Below are positions 46,199 through 58,100 of a stretch of 64,000 nucleotides of DNA, piece by piece (the stretch's first letter is position 1; each line of letters starts with the position of its first letter). A program made the position numbers and the translations under genes. The notes beneath the pieces are model-generated. The model searched no databases. It was not told the origin of the DNA and was given only the letters and a program-made list of their open reading frames with translations. Origin of the DNA: an uncultured bacterium (GTDB taxonomy: Bacteria > Patescibacteriota > Minisyncoccia > UBA6257 > 2-01-FULL-56-20); NCBI GenBank assembly GCA_963747905.1, contig CAVVHF010000018.1, positions 1,135 through 65,134 of the forward strand. The letters run 5' to 3'.

Positions 46199-48285
46199 GA
46201 TTTTTTAATAGTGGGTTTTTTCTTAACGCCCACGTCTTTTTCCTTCGATATCCTTGCGCCTTTCATCGCCTCCTCCACCACCGCTACCTTCTTATTCAGC
46301 TCCCGTATCTCATCCCGCAAGATTCCCGCAAGCTCAAAATTTAGTTCTTTCGCAGCCATGCGCATCTCTCTTTCTTTCTCTGTAATTAATCGCTGAAGCG
46401 CAGTCTTTGATCTCGGCACGGGCATCGTTTCTAATTTTAGAATCTCATCGATATCAACGCTCGGCAAGATATCCGAGATCTTCCGTACCACCGTGCGTGG
46501 TGTTATGTTGTGCTCTTTATTGTACGCGACTTGAATCGCGCGGCGGCGATCGGTCTCTCCGACGGCACGCTCAATTGAACCGGTGATATTGTCTGCATAC
46601 ATTACCACCTCACCCTCCACGTTGCGTGCCGCGCGGCCTATCGTCTGAATGAGCGAGACCTCGCTGCGCAGGAACCCTTCCTTGTCCGCATCTAAAATCG
46701 CGACGAGCGAAACTTCGGGAAGGTCCAAGCCTTCGCGGAGCAAGTTTACGCCGACGAGCACTTCTATTTTGCCACGGCGCAGATCGGTCAAGATCTTAAT
46801 GCGATCCATCGTTTTCACATCGCTGTGGAGATAATTCACTTTTATTTTCTTCTCTTCTAAATACGCGCTAAGATCTTCCGCCATACGCTTAGTAAGCGTC
46901 GTCACCAGCACGCGCTCGTGCTTAGCCACGCGCTCCTGAATGCGCGGAATGAGGTCTTCCACCTGCCCGCGCGCAGGCTTGATGGTAATCTTTGGATCGA
47001 CAAGGCCCGTCGGGCGAATGATCTGCTCTACTATCTGTCCACGCGGCGGCTTGCTCTCCTCACGCTCATAAAGGCTCGGCGTCGCGGACGTGTAAATGAC
47101 CTGCCCGATGCGCTCCTTAAACTCCGCAAACCGAAGCGGCCGGTTATCGATGGCCGACGGCAAGCGAAATCCGTATTCCACTAAAGTTTTTTTTCGCGCC
47201 GCGTCGCCATTGAACATGCCCTGCAATTGCGGCACCGTCATGTGCGATTCGTCGATGATGGTAAGAAAATCCGGCGAGCCGTCCTCGTTGTGAGGGAAAT
47301 AATCCAAAAGCGTTGCCGGCGGCTCGCCTGCGGCGCGGCCGGAGAGATGGCGCGAATAGTTCTCAATGCCATGACAATACCCCACCTCGGCCATCATCGC
47401 GAGGTCGAACTTGGTGCGGCGCTCGATGCGTTCCGCCTCCAAAAACTTTTTCTCTTTTTCAAACTTCGTCAACTGCTCTTTTAATTCTTTTTTAATCTCA
47501 ACGAGGGCACGCTCGCGAGACGCCGGCGCGGTAATAAAATGCTTTGCCGGCGCAAAAAGAATGTCCGGAATCGATGGCGTCTTGCCCGGCTGAAATCCTT
47601 TCACCGGATCGGTCTCATAGATGGCGCGGATAACACCGCCGGACACCTCCAGGTTATAAATGATCTCGCGGTCAGCGGGCATGATCTCCCAGTTCTCGCC
47701 GCGCAGGCGGTACGTCGCGCGCTTAAGGTCTGCCGTCGTGCGGTTGAACTGTAGAGAAACAAGCTTGCGCGAAAAATCGCGGCGCTCCACCGCGTCGCCA
47801 ACTTTGAAACGAATGATGTTCTTGGCATACTCTTCCGGCGCGCCCAAGCCGTAGATGCACGACACCGACGCCACGATGATCACGTCGCGCCGCGTGAGCA
47901 GCGCCATCGTCGCCGCGTGGCGCAACTTGTCAATCTCGTCGTTGATCAGCGCCTCCTTGTCTATATAGGTGTCGCTCGACGGCATATACGCCTCCGGCTG
48001 ATAGTAGTCGTAGTACGAAACAAAATAATTGACGGATGAGTTCGGGAAAAGCTCGCGAAACTCGTTGCAAAGCTGTGCGGCGAGCGTCTTGTTGTGCGCG
48101 ATCACGAGCGTCGGCTTCCCGATCTGCTGGATCACATTCGCCATCGTGAAGGTCTTGCCAGAGCCGGTGACGCCAAGCAGAGTCTGGTCGCGAAACCCCT
48201 CGCGCAAACCCGAAACAAGCGATGTGATCGCCTTCGGCTGGTCCCCCGCAGGTTTGTTATCGGATATGATCTCGAAATGATTCAT
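46195..48285 (-). CDS. uvrB: excinuclease ABC subunit B
   Basis: Helicase motifs GVTGSGKT and DESH; a C-terminal UvrB/UvrC interaction coiled coil. Confidence 0.9.
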   Translation of the reverse strand: MNHFEIISDNKPAGDQPKAITSLVSGLREGFRDQTLLGVTGSGKTFTMANVIQQIGKPTLVIAHNKTLAAQLCNEFRELFPNSSVNYFVSYYDYYQPEAYMPSSDTYIDKEALINDEIDKLRHAATMALLTRRDVIIVASVSCIYGLGAPEEYAKNIIRFKVGDAVERRDFSRKLVSLQFNRTTADLKRATYRLRGENWEIMPADREIIYNLEVSGGVIRAIYETDPVKGFQPGKTPSIPDILFAPAKHFITAPASRERALVEIKKELKEQLTKFEKEKKFLEAERIERRTKFDLAMMAEVGYCHGIENYSRHLSGRAAGEPPATLLDYFPHNEDGSPDFLTIIDESHMTVPQLQGMFNGDAARKKTLVEYGFRLPSAIDNRPLRFAEFKERIGQVIYTSATPSLYEREESKPPRGQIVEQIIRPTGLVDPKITIKPARGQVEDLIPRIQERVAKHERVLVTTLTKRMAEDLSAYLEEKKIKVNYLHSDVKTMDRIKILTDLRRGKIEVLVGVNLLREGLDLPEVSLVAILDADKEGFLRSEVSLIQTIGRAARNVEGEVVMYADNITGSIERAVGETDRRRAIQVAYNKEHNITPRTVVRKISDILPSVDIDEILKLETMPVPRSKTALQRLITEKEREMRMAAKELNFELAGILRDEIRELNKKVAVVEEAMKGARISKEKDVGVKKKPTIKKS

Positions 48286-48430
48286 AGTAACAATAGATAG
48301 CACTTAGTGCACATAATAAGCAAAGCGCCCCTCGCCCGAGGGCTATAGGGGGTACTCATGCAAAACTTCCTCCCCAGTTTAATCGAAATTTGATGAGGAG
48401 TCAAAGCGAGATATATATAAAAACGAAAAA

Positions 48431-48459
48431 CCGCATTCCGGCCTCACACCGGAAAGCGG
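48431..48459 (-). terminator. rho-independent terminator downstream of nth (stem CCGCATTCCGG/CCGGAAAGCGG; the A-run on the plus strand gives a U-run on the minus strand)
   Basis: Read directly from the sequence. Confidence 0.5.
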
Positions 48460-48483
48460 TCTTTCTTCTAACTAACAAGATTC

Positions 48484-48510
48484 ATTTTAGCACACTTTTG
48501 GGAATGTCAA
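48484..48510 (-). promoter_or_regulatory. strong sigma70-like promoter on the minus strand (TTGACA-N15-TGcTAAAAT, extended -10) between the nth stop and the terminator hairpin
   Basis: Hexamers read on the minus strand. Confidence 0.35.
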
Positions 48511-48529
48511 AATGTGGATAGTCCCCCCC

Positions 48530-49186
48530 CTACACCAGCACTTTCGTTAGTGGGCACAACTCGTGCTCGTGCGGACGCGCCACGCAGTAGGCCCGGCCGT
48601 AATCGATGATCATATACGTCGCCGCGAACCAATCTTTGCACGGGATGATGGCCATGAGGTCCCGCTCGATCTTCTCCGGCGTCTTCTCGCGCGAAAGGCC
48701 AAGCACGCGCGACAGACGTATTACATGCGTGTCCACCGCGATCCCCTCCACCACACCGTAGGCGTTGCCGAGGATGACGTTCGCCGACTTGCGCCCGACG
48801 CCCGGGATCGTCACCATCTCCGCCATCGTGCGCGGCAACTTGCCGCCAAACTTTTCCTTGACCACGCGCGCGGCGCCGAGGATGTTGCGCGTCTTGGCGC
48901 GATAGAAACCGCAGGCGTGGATGGTCTTTTCAAACGCTCGCACACCGCGCGCGGTCTTGCCCGCACGGACATATGCATCAAGCGTGGGATATTTCTTGAA
49001 CAGTGCAGGGGTCACTTGATTCACCTTCTTGTCCGTGCACTGCGCGGAAAGCTGGACGGCCACGAGCAACTCCCATTTGTTGGAGAACGTCAGCGCGATC
49101 TTTGGATCCGGGAAAAGCTTATGCAGGGTCCGGGCGATCTTGGCCCAGCGCTTTTTGTAATACGGAAGATCCTTTTGGGAGATCAT
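48530..49186 (-). CDS. nth: endonuclease III (DNA glycosylase/AP lyase)
   Basis: HhH-GPD motif (LPGVGRKSANVIL), catalytic Lys/Asp and C-terminal Fe-S cysteines. Confidence 0.9.
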   Translation of the reverse strand: MISQKDLPYYKKRWAKIARTLHKLFPDPKIALTFSNKWELLVAVQLSAQCTDKKVNQVTPALFKKYPTLDAYVRAGKTARGVRAFEKTIHACGFYRAKTRNILGAARVVKEKFGGKLPRTMAEMVTIPGVGRKSANVILGNAYGVVEGIAVDTHVIRLSRVLGLSREKTPEKIERDLMAIIPCKDWFAATYMIIDYGRAYCVARPHEHELCPLTKVLV

Positions 49187-49216
49187 GAATTATATTATAG
49201 CCCGAATACACAGACA

Positions 49217-49245
49217 TTGCCCAAAAGATACTTTTGTGCTATATT
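49217..49245 (+). promoter_or_regulatory. sigma70-like promoter with an extended -10 (TTGCCC-N17-TGcTATATT)
   Basis: Read directly; it precedes the 49269 ORF. Confidence 0.35.
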
Positions 49246-49268
49246 GATTTCAGCGAAAGGACTGGCCC

Positions 49269-49544
49269 GTGCCAATAAAAAGACGAAAGAAGACGCCGAC
49301 GGTGGCCGAAGTCGCCATCCAAGAGACCTCCGGCATCTATTCCGCGCGCCGACCCGATTTCCTGGGAGCCCGGGAAGCCGCGTTGGACCACGTCGGGCTC
49401 GAACCATTCACCACCACGAGAAACGAAATCCGCAGCAAAGTTTCTCGGAATGGAGCTCACTGCAGTAATGCGGTCCAGCGGAAAAAGAAAAGAATCAAGT
49501 TCTTCAACGAACATCATGGGGATCTCTTCCCACCCGCCGCCTAG
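49269..49544 (+). CDS. hypothetical small basic protein (91 aa), or alternatively a roughly 300-nt non-coding RNA
   Basis: ORF with GC3 of about 64 % lying between a plus-strand promoter and a plus-strand terminator; no motif recognised. Confidence 0.3.
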   Translation: MPIKRRKKTPTVAEVAIQETSGIYSARRPDFLGAREAALDHVGLEPFTTTRNEIRSKVSRNGAHCSNAVQRKKKRIKFFNEHHGDLFPPAA

Positions 49545-49566
49545 CAAATGCCGGGCGGATTTTTTA
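49534..49566 (+). terminator. rho-independent terminator (CCGCC/GGCGG stem, T6 run)
   Basis: Read directly; the stop codon TAG lies inside the hairpin. Confidence 0.4.
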
Positions 49567-50073
49567 TCCGATTGCGTCCTCATTATCCTTGCGCTGTTTA
49601 TGTAAAATAACTTCCCCCGGAGAAAATGCCAAGTTATCCACCTTCATGGCGATGAGCGGCAGGCCACGCGCGCTCCCCTTCAATAGCTGCCCCTCCGCAG
49701 TCATATCAACTATCTTATCCGGAACAAAAGTGCCTTCGTCCTTAATTTGGGCCGTCGCCTCATCTTTGGTAAAACGGAAAAACACTCGGACTTGCTTCAT
49801 CTTATTTTCCCCTATCTCTTGCGCGGCTCTTATTCGTTCCGTAAAATCATTTTCTCCATCGCTTTTATTGATATTCAAATTTCCATGCACGATAGCATTC
49901 ATCATCGCCTCCCTCACGGCATCCGCAAACGCCCCCCTCTGATCTTCCGGCCATCCGAGTTCCTTTAATTTATCCTCCGTAATCGATACCGCTACGTCGA
50001 TATTTTCGAGGCTGTTATCCCATGAAAATTCCTCCTCGTAGACCTCGTTCTGTTCTCTTCCTTCGAACTTCAT
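49564..50073 (-). CDS. HATPase_c-fold protein, anti-sigma-factor/serine-kinase (RsbW/SpoIIAB)-like
   Basis: N-box AVREAMMNAIVHGN, a G1-like DEGTF and a G2 box GSARGLPLI; the start is taken at MKFEGRE to avoid overlapping the upstream gene. Confidence 0.55.
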   Translation of the reverse strand: MKFEGREQNEVYEEEFSWDNSLENIDVAVSITEDKLKELGWPEDQRGAFADAVREAMMNAIVHGNLNINKSDGENDFTERIRAAQEIGENKMKQVRVFFRFTKDEATAQIKDEGTFVPDKIVDMTAEGQLLKGSARGLPLIAMKVDNLAFSPGEVILHKQRKDNEDAIG

Positions 50074-50083
50074 ATTTATTTTT

Positions 50084-50566
50084 TTATTTAAACCGTACCG
50101 GGATACTAAGAGACGCGGCGTTTTGCGGCAACCCCGACGGGTTATCTTTTGATAGCACCACAGTGCCGGTCGCGCCATACGGCGCGGCAAATTGCGCGAT
50201 CGCTGTGAACGGCACGGAGCTTGTAGATGTCCAATCTACCTGCGCGTGCGCGATGCCAGTGCCAAGCACCGTACCGTCACCATCGAGCACCTTTACCGGG
50301 AACGACGCCTCGAAGAACCATCCACCGCCAGTGACCGTTCCGATGATAGTGACTGGTGATGTGATCAGCGCGCCCGCTTGCGGAGCCGTCACCCCAACAT
50401 GACCGTCCGCGGACATGGTCGGCTGAAGAATCTTCGCACCGCTAACGTTGTCCGGCGGCAACTGCGGCGCCTTCGCGGGATTGTAGAAAAACAGCACCCC
50501 AAGTAAAACAATGATGATCACGGCAAATACGATGGCCAATGTTTTTAGGGCGGTCAACGCTTTCAT
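50084..50566 (-). CDS. membrane-anchored Gmad2 immunoglobulin-like domain protein
   Basis: N-terminal TM anchor, then PVTIIGTVTGGGWFFEASFPVKVLDGDGTVLG...VPFTA, typical of the GerM/Gmad2 Ig-like domain. Confidence 0.5.
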   Translation of the reverse strand: MKALTALKTLAIVFAVIIIVLLGVLFFYNPAKAPQLPPDNVSGAKILQPTMSADGHVGVTAPQAGALITSPVTIIGTVTGGGWFFEASFPVKVLDGDGTVLGTGIAHAQVDWTSTSSVPFTAIAQFAAPYGATGTVVLSKDNPSGLPQNAASLSIPVRFK

Positions 50567-50599
50567 GCCTCTATTATACCAAAAGGCGCGACCGCGGCG

Positions 50600-50875
50600 C
50601 TACTTGAGCGGCCACGCGCCTTCACGGCGCAGGATCGCTATTTTGCGGTGCGTGCCGCGCGCATATCCGCCCGACGTGCCATCGGAGCGGACCACGCGAT
50701 GGCACGGCACTTTTGCGGTATCCGGATTGTTGTGCATAATGCTCCCTACCGCACGATATGCGTTCAGCCGCTCGGCGCGGCGCGCGACCTCTTTGTAAGT
50801 CATCGTACTCCCGCGCGGGATCTTGGCGACGACAGCATAGACTTTTTGCGTGAAAGATAATGGATATTTTGGCAT
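50600..50875 (-). CDS. MGMT-family protein (O6-alkylguanine-DNA alkyltransferase DNA-binding/active-site domain only)
   Basis: PCHRVV active-site cysteine motif and HTH (TYKEVARRA). Confidence 0.7.
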   Translation of the reverse strand: MPKYPLSFTQKVYAVVAKIPRGSTMTYKEVARRAERLNAYRAVGSIMHNNPDTAKVPCHRVVRSDGTSGGYARGTHRKIAILRREGAWPLK

Positions 50876-50937
50876 ATAAGGCATTATAAAGAAAACGGGC
50901 CGGGAGCAAAAGCTTCCGGTCCGCACTGCAAAAATTC

Positions 50938-51387
50938 CTAACCCGCTATGGCGCCCACGAGCGCATCGTCTTTTTCAACCAAATAGCATGCGTCGAAATC
51001 AACGATGACGAGTACGACCTCTACCCACGGAAAACGTCCCCGAAGCACTACGCCGGCCTTGAGAAGCATATCCTCATAATAATCCAGGTCTTGCTGTCTG
51101 CCGCACGCGACACACTCGTTATGCATTCTGGCCCTGATCTTCATAAGGTCATGGGCAAAAAGTGCGATCTTCTCCAGCAGACATTCACGATCGCGGGGAT
51201 CTTTTGGGTCCACCAGGTCTTTGATACCCCCTGGAATTGTTATTGGTATCGCCTCGTCGTCGCCAACACATTCCCCGACCAAACCTCTCGAACCTTTTAT
51301 GCGGCGGTCGGAACAGCCGATATCAACGGTTGACACGGGATTGTGAACCCGTGGAAAATCACGTTCCAAGATTTTTCTGCGGCTCAT
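50938..51387 (-). CDS. beta-class carbonic-anhydrase-like protein, paralogue 1
   Basis: Zn-ligand motifs CSDRR (CxDxR) and HNECVACG (HxxCG). Confidence 0.5.
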   Translation of the reverse strand: MSRRKILERDFPRVHNPVSTVDIGCSDRRIKGSRGLVGECVGDDEAIPITIPGGIKDLVDPKDPRDRECLLEKIALFAHDLMKIRARMHNECVACGRQQDLDYYEDMLLKAGVVLRGRFPWVEVVLVIVDFDACYLVEKDDALVGAIAG

Positions 51388-51433
51388 CGTCGCTCCTGCG
51401 AGTTGATTATGTACCGAACGAGATTATACCACG

Positions 51434-51883
51434 TTACGCGATTGCATACAACCCATCAAAATCCGCGAAATAGGCATACACGGAAATTCCAGAACCATCT
51501 TGAAGTTCTTTCCTCACAAAATCCTGCGCCTGATGCAATTGTTTTACCAACTCCGCTTTTTCCGCTTCTGCATCGGCAAAGCTCTTTGAACCGCCGTACG
51601 CGCCGCAATCGCGATGCAACATGAGCACCACGCGCTTCGTGCCGTGAAGTCGCGCGGATGTTTTGATCTGGTTCAGCACGAAATCGTGGTCGGGCGATGC
51701 GCTTTCTACTGACGCGAGCGCCTTCGCGCCACCGGCGATCTTTACAAGGTCAATATGGGCAAATCCTTCCTGCTTGCCGAAGGCTTTTAATAATTTATAG
51801 AAGCGGTCATCGAAACACCATACGACGCACGCATCAGCGGTGTAATGTTCTTTTAAAGATTCAAATTTAACGAGTAGCTCCAT
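51434..51883 (-). CDS. beta-class carbonic-anhydrase-like protein, paralogue 2
   Basis: CFDDRF (CxDxR) and HRDCGAYGG (HxxCG); paralogous to the adjacent gene. Confidence 0.5.
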   Translation of the reverse strand: MELLVKFESLKEHYTADACVVWCFDDRFYKLLKAFGKQEGFAHIDLVKIAGGAKALASVESASPDHDFVLNQIKTSARLHGTKRVVLMLHRDCGAYGGSKSFADAEAEKAELVKQLHQAQDFVRKELQDGSGISVYAYFADFDGLYAIA

Positions 51884-51898
51884 GATGATATTAAAAAA

Positions 51899-52147
51899 TT
51901 ATTGCGCTTCTTCCACTAAGATCTTTGCCTGACTACCCAAATCAACTTCCAAAAATCCGGAGCCGACGGGGATGAACACTTCTTTTCCTTCCCCATCCAC
52001 AATCGTCATTGTTCCTTTTTCCAAGATGGAGATGAGCGGCTCGTGATTGTCCAAGATGGTGATCTCGCCGGAGCGGGTATTGCAATTCACCGACTTCGCG
52101 TCGCCCTGGAACAATACTTTCTTCAATGAGTAGACGCCAAGTTTCAT
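51899..52147 (-). CDS. atpC: F1 ATP synthase epsilon subunit (beta-sandwich only, 82 aa)
   Basis: The N-terminal beta-sandwich pattern and operon position after atpD. Confidence 0.8.
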   Translation of the reverse strand: MKLGVYSLKKVLFQGDAKSVNCNTRSGEITILDNHEPLISILEKGTMTIVDGEGKEVFIPVGSGFLEVDLGSQAKILVEEAQ

Positions 52148-52162
52148 TTTTACGCCAAAAAA

Positions 52163-54519
<2,357 letters not shown>

Positions 54520-54537
54520 AGTATCGTTTATGTAAAA

Positions 54538-56064
54538 TTATTTTACAAGGAAATGCGAGATCGCTTCCTTCAATTTATTTTCGACGACTTCGTCAAACAA
54601 GCCCGTCTCGCGAATCGGTTTCAAGATATCCTCCTCGTGGAGTGTGGAAAGGTAATCGACGAGTTCGTTCTGCTTCTTTTTGACATCTTCCACCGCGATC
54701 GTCTCAAAATAATTATTGAGCACCGCGTAGAACACACACACCTGCTTTTCGATCGGCAACGGATCCTGATCATCCTGTTTGAGGATCTCGTTGATTTTCT
54801 GACCCTGTAAAATTTTCTTACGCGTCGCTTCATCCACGTCGGTGGCAAACTGCGCGAACGCCTGCAATTCGCGGAACTGCGCGTGCGCGAGCTTGAGCTT
54901 GCCCGCGACCTTCTTCATCGCCTTGGTCTGCGCAGCAGAACCAACGCGCGAAACCGAAATACCGACGTTCAGCGCCGGACGCTGGCCCTGGTTGAAGAGG
55001 TCGGTCTCGAGATAGATTTGGCCGTCCGTGATGGAGATGATGTTCGTCGGGATATATGCCGTCACGTCGCCGAGCTGGGTTTCCACGATCGGAAGCGCGG
55101 TCAAAGACCCCCCGCCAAGTTCTTTGGAAAGTTTTGCGGAGCGCTCCAGCAAACGGGAGTGCAAATAGAACACGTCGCCCGGATACGCTTCGCGTCCTGG
55201 CGGGCGCCGTAACAGCAAAGAGATCTGGCGATATGCCCATGCATGCTTGGAAAGATCATCGTAAACAATGAGCGCATCCATGCCTTTGTCGCGGAAGTAT
55301 TCGCCGATCGCGGTACCCGCGTACGGCGCAAGATACCACATCGCCGCTGGCGAGCCTGCCGATGCGGAAACGATGATGCTATATTTCAACGCGTCAAATT
55401 TTTTCAAAGTCTCCGCGATGCGCACTACTTTGGATTCTTTTTGTCCAATTGCCACGTAAATACAGATCGGCGTGCGGCGACCAGTATCGTTCTTTTGATT
55501 CAAAATGGCATCGAGTGCGACGGCGGTCTTGCCCGACTGGCGGTCACCGATGATAAGCTCGCGCTGTCCGCGGCCAATCGGGATTAAGGCATCAATGGCT
55601 TTGATGCCGGTGTGGAGTGGGGTATTCACCGACTCACGTTCCAAAATGCCGGGCGCGCGCGCTTCCAAAGAATTACGCTGAATTTTTACGCCGGGTTTAA
55701 AGATTGGTCCTAGTCCATCCTGCGGCTCACCTAATGGATCCACCACGCGGCCGATCAGATCGTCTCCCACCGGGATAGAAAGAATATCGCCGGTACGGCG
55801 CACGGTGTCGCCGACCGCGACGGAAAGAAAATCGCCGAGTACGAGGCCGCCGATGGATTCCTCCTCCAAGCTGAGCGCGAGCGCCGGACGTTCGCCATGC
55901 ACCGTTTCAATTATCAGAACTTCCTGACTCACGGCGTTGCGCAATCCTAAGATCTTTACAATACCGTCGCCAACCTCAATGACGCGGCCCACCTCAGCCC
56001 ATTCGGGTTTCTCTTTATATCCCTCGATATCCTTTTTTAATTTTTCGATTATTTCGTATGACAT
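54538..56064 (-). CDS. atpA: F1 ATP synthase alpha subunit
   Basis: P-loop GDRQSGKTA. Confidence 0.95.
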   Translation of the reverse strand: MSYEIIEKLKKDIEGYKEKPEWAEVGRVIEVGDGIVKILGLRNAVSQEVLIIETVHGERPALALSLEEESIGGLVLGDFLSVAVGDTVRRTGDILSIPVGDDLIGRVVDPLGEPQDGLGPIFKPGVKIQRNSLEARAPGILERESVNTPLHTGIKAIDALIPIGRGQRELIIGDRQSGKTAVALDAILNQKNDTGRRTPICIYVAIGQKESKVVRIAETLKKFDALKYSIIVSASAGSPAAMWYLAPYAGTAIGEYFRDKGMDALIVYDDLSKHAWAYRQISLLLRRPPGREAYPGDVFYLHSRLLERSAKLSKELGGGSLTALPIVETQLGDVTAYIPTNIISITDGQIYLETDLFNQGQRPALNVGISVSRVGSAAQTKAMKKVAGKLKLAHAQFRELQAFAQFATDVDEATRKKILQGQKINEILKQDDQDPLPIEKQVCVFYAVLNNYFETIAVEDVKKKQNELVDYLSTLHEEDILKPIRETGLFDEVVENKLKEAISHFLVK

Positions 56065-56091
56065 ATGATATGTGAATTGGCGGCGATGGCG

Positions 56092-56475
56092 CTACGCGCT
56101 TCCCAGCACCCCGTTCAATTTGTTCTTTAGCGACCCGTCGAACTGCATCTCGTCGTTCAGGATGATCTTGATCCCTGCAATGAGATCGGGGTCGATCCGC
56201 TCCTCCACCATGTCGCCCGGCTTTACGAAGTGCGCAATCAGGGCCTTCTGCGACGGAATGAGCGCGCGGGCCGACTCAACCGTCACCTTCCGCACGCCAC
56301 TCTTGCCGCGCGCGAACCGTGACGCTTCCTCGAGGATCTTCCGTAAGTACCGCTCATCGCCATTCTTGCGCACGAGCGCAAGAAAATTCTTTGCGAACTC
56401 GTCGTCGGTCTTTTTGCCGGGCCCGGAAAGCACTTCTACGAGCGCCTTGGCGTACACGTGCGGTGCGTACTTCAT
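56092..56475 (-). CDS. atpH: F1 ATP synthase delta (OSCP) subunit, short form
   Basis: Position between atpF and atpA; all-alpha 127-aa protein. Confidence 0.7.
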   Translation of the reverse strand: MKYAPHVYAKALVEVLSGPGKKTDDEFAKNFLALVRKNGDERYLRKILEEASRFARGKSGVRKVTVESARALIPSQKALIAHFVKPGDMVEERIDPDLIAGIKIILNDEMQFDGSLKNKLNGVLGSA

Positions 56476-56975
56476 ACGGCGTGCGCGGCGTCGCCGACCG
56501 CTTTTGCGATTAGCGCGTCATCGATCTTTTCCGGCGAGAGTTCGACCGTTCTCACAATGGCGGCACGCACAAGTCCCGCCGCTTCTTTCTCCAACGCGCG
56601 GCGCGAATCTTCCTCTTGTGAGCGCAACCGCATGGCGGCGCTTCGTACCGCTTCTTCCTCGTGGCGCTTTGCCTCGGCAAGAAGTTTTTCTTCTAATGTC
56701 TTCGCCTCCGACTCCGTCCGCTTCAAAATATTGATCGCCTCATGTTCCGCATCTTTGATCTTTCCCGCCCCGATGACATCCACCTCCTGGAGACGACGCT
56801 CGGCCTCGTCGGCCATCGCCAATCCCCTTTCGATCCGCGAGCGACGATCATGCAACAGCTTTAACACCGGCTTATACACAAAAATACGCAGTATGATCAG
56901 GAGCAATGCAAAATTGACCGCCTGACTGAGCAGGAGCTCCCAATTGATGCCAAGATTATCCAACAGTTGCTGCAT
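56472..56975 (-). CDS. atpF: Fo ATP synthase b subunit
   Basis: Single N-terminal TM segment and a long charged helix. Confidence 0.75.
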   Translation of the reverse strand: MQQLLDNLGINWELLLSQAVNFALLLIILRIFVYKPVLKLLHDRRSRIERGLAMADEAERRLQEVDVIGAGKIKDAEHEAINILKRTESEAKTLEEKLLAEAKRHEEEAVRSAAMRLRSQEEDSRRALEKEAAGLVRAAIVRTVELSPEKIDDALIAKAVGDAAHAV

Positions 56976-57009
56976 GATTATTTTTTGCGCGAGAGCGCGA
57001 ACCAAGTTA

Positions 57010-57237
57010 TTACACGAACTTTATAATGAGAGCGATAACAAGCGCGTAAATGGCGACGGCCTCCGCGAACGCGATGGCGAGAATTGCCATCGTCTGCACT
57101 TTGGACGACGCTTCCGGATTCCTTCCAATTGCCTCCACCGACTTCGAGCCGATCCAACCAATCGCGAGCCCGGGACCGAGTGTACCCAATCCCATCACGA
57201 ACGCGGTGGCGAGAAGCCGCATACTATTAACATCCAT
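57010..57237 (-). CDS. atpE: Fo ATP synthase c subunit
   Basis: Hairpin of two TM helices with the conserved carboxylate (AFAEAVAIYALV). Confidence 0.85.
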   Translation of the reverse strand: MDVNSMRLLATAFVMGLGTLGPGLAIGWIGSKSVEAIGRNPEASSKVQTMAILAIAFAEAVAIYALVIALIIKFV

Positions 57238-57299
57238 AATGATTATTTAATAAAATATAATTTTAATGATTTCTTTCCACGACCTTTCCCTTCGCGACA

Positions 57300-58067
57300 C
57301 TAGTGACCCGCCTCCTCGCCTTCGTGAGGAGTGATCGCTAAGGCAACGAATACCAATGTAAGCATCCCGAAGATGAACGCCTGGATAAAACCCACAAACA
57401 CCTCAAGAAACATGAATGGCAGCGGAACGAGATATGGCACAAGGAGCGCCATGATGGCAAGCAGAACCTCGCCCGCGAACACGTTGCCGAAAAGACGGAA
57501 CGTGAACGAGATAATTCTAGCAAATTCTGAGAGAAGCTCAAGTATGCCGACGAAAAACTTGATCGGGCTCGAAAAATTGAAAAAGACGGAAATACGGTCG
57601 CGCAATCCCACAATAGAAACCGCGAACACGTTGATCATCGTGACCGCAATGAGCGCAAGCGCGAGTGTAAGGTTGAGATCGCTCGCCGGCGATCGTAAAA
57701 GTGGCACCGCATTCGCACCCTGACCGATCGTCACCGATCCCACGCCGGGGATGAGCCCGGACCAGTTAGAGATCAAGATAAAGATGAAAATAGTGAAGAT
57801 TAGCGGAAAATATTTTTCCGATTCCTTGCGGTTTCCCAACACCGAATCCATCAGGCCAAGCGCGCCTTCGAGCATCACTTCGATAACATTTTGGAACATG
57901 CCGGGAATCATCTTGAGCTTATTCCTAAGCGTGACGGCAATGATAGCAAGAAATACCAACACCAGAAATGCCAGTAAGAGGGCGTTCGTTACTGGCAACG
58001 ATCCGATATGAAAAATGTTTTCAGCGCTGAGAGAGATATTCAACATAATACCCCGCAATAATAACAA
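57300..58067 (-). CDS. atpB: Fo ATP synthase a subunit
   Basis: Conserved TM4 arginine in the RLFGN motif. Confidence 0.85.
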   Translation of the reverse strand: MLLLRGIMLNISLSAENIFHIGSLPVTNALLLAFLVLVFLAIIAVTLRNKLKMIPGMFQNVIEVMLEGALGLMDSVLGNRKESEKYFPLIFTIFIFILISNWSGLIPGVGSVTIGQGANAVPLLRSPASDLNLTLALALIAVTMINVFAVSIVGLRDRISVFFNFSSPIKFFVGILELLSEFARIISFTFRLFGNVFAGEVLLAIMALLVPYLVPLPFMFLEVFVGFIQAFIFGMLTLVFVALAITPHEGEEAGH

Positions 58068-58100
58068 AATATTGGCGATTTTACCAGCTCTGCGGTTATG

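Noticed and set aside
49239-49583. 114-aa minus-strand ORF overlapping the plus-strand promoter-to-terminator unit
   Set aside because: It starts inside the upstream gene's 3' end and is antisense to a unit with its own plus-strand promoter and terminator; the plus-strand reading is more parsimonious, though neither is proven.
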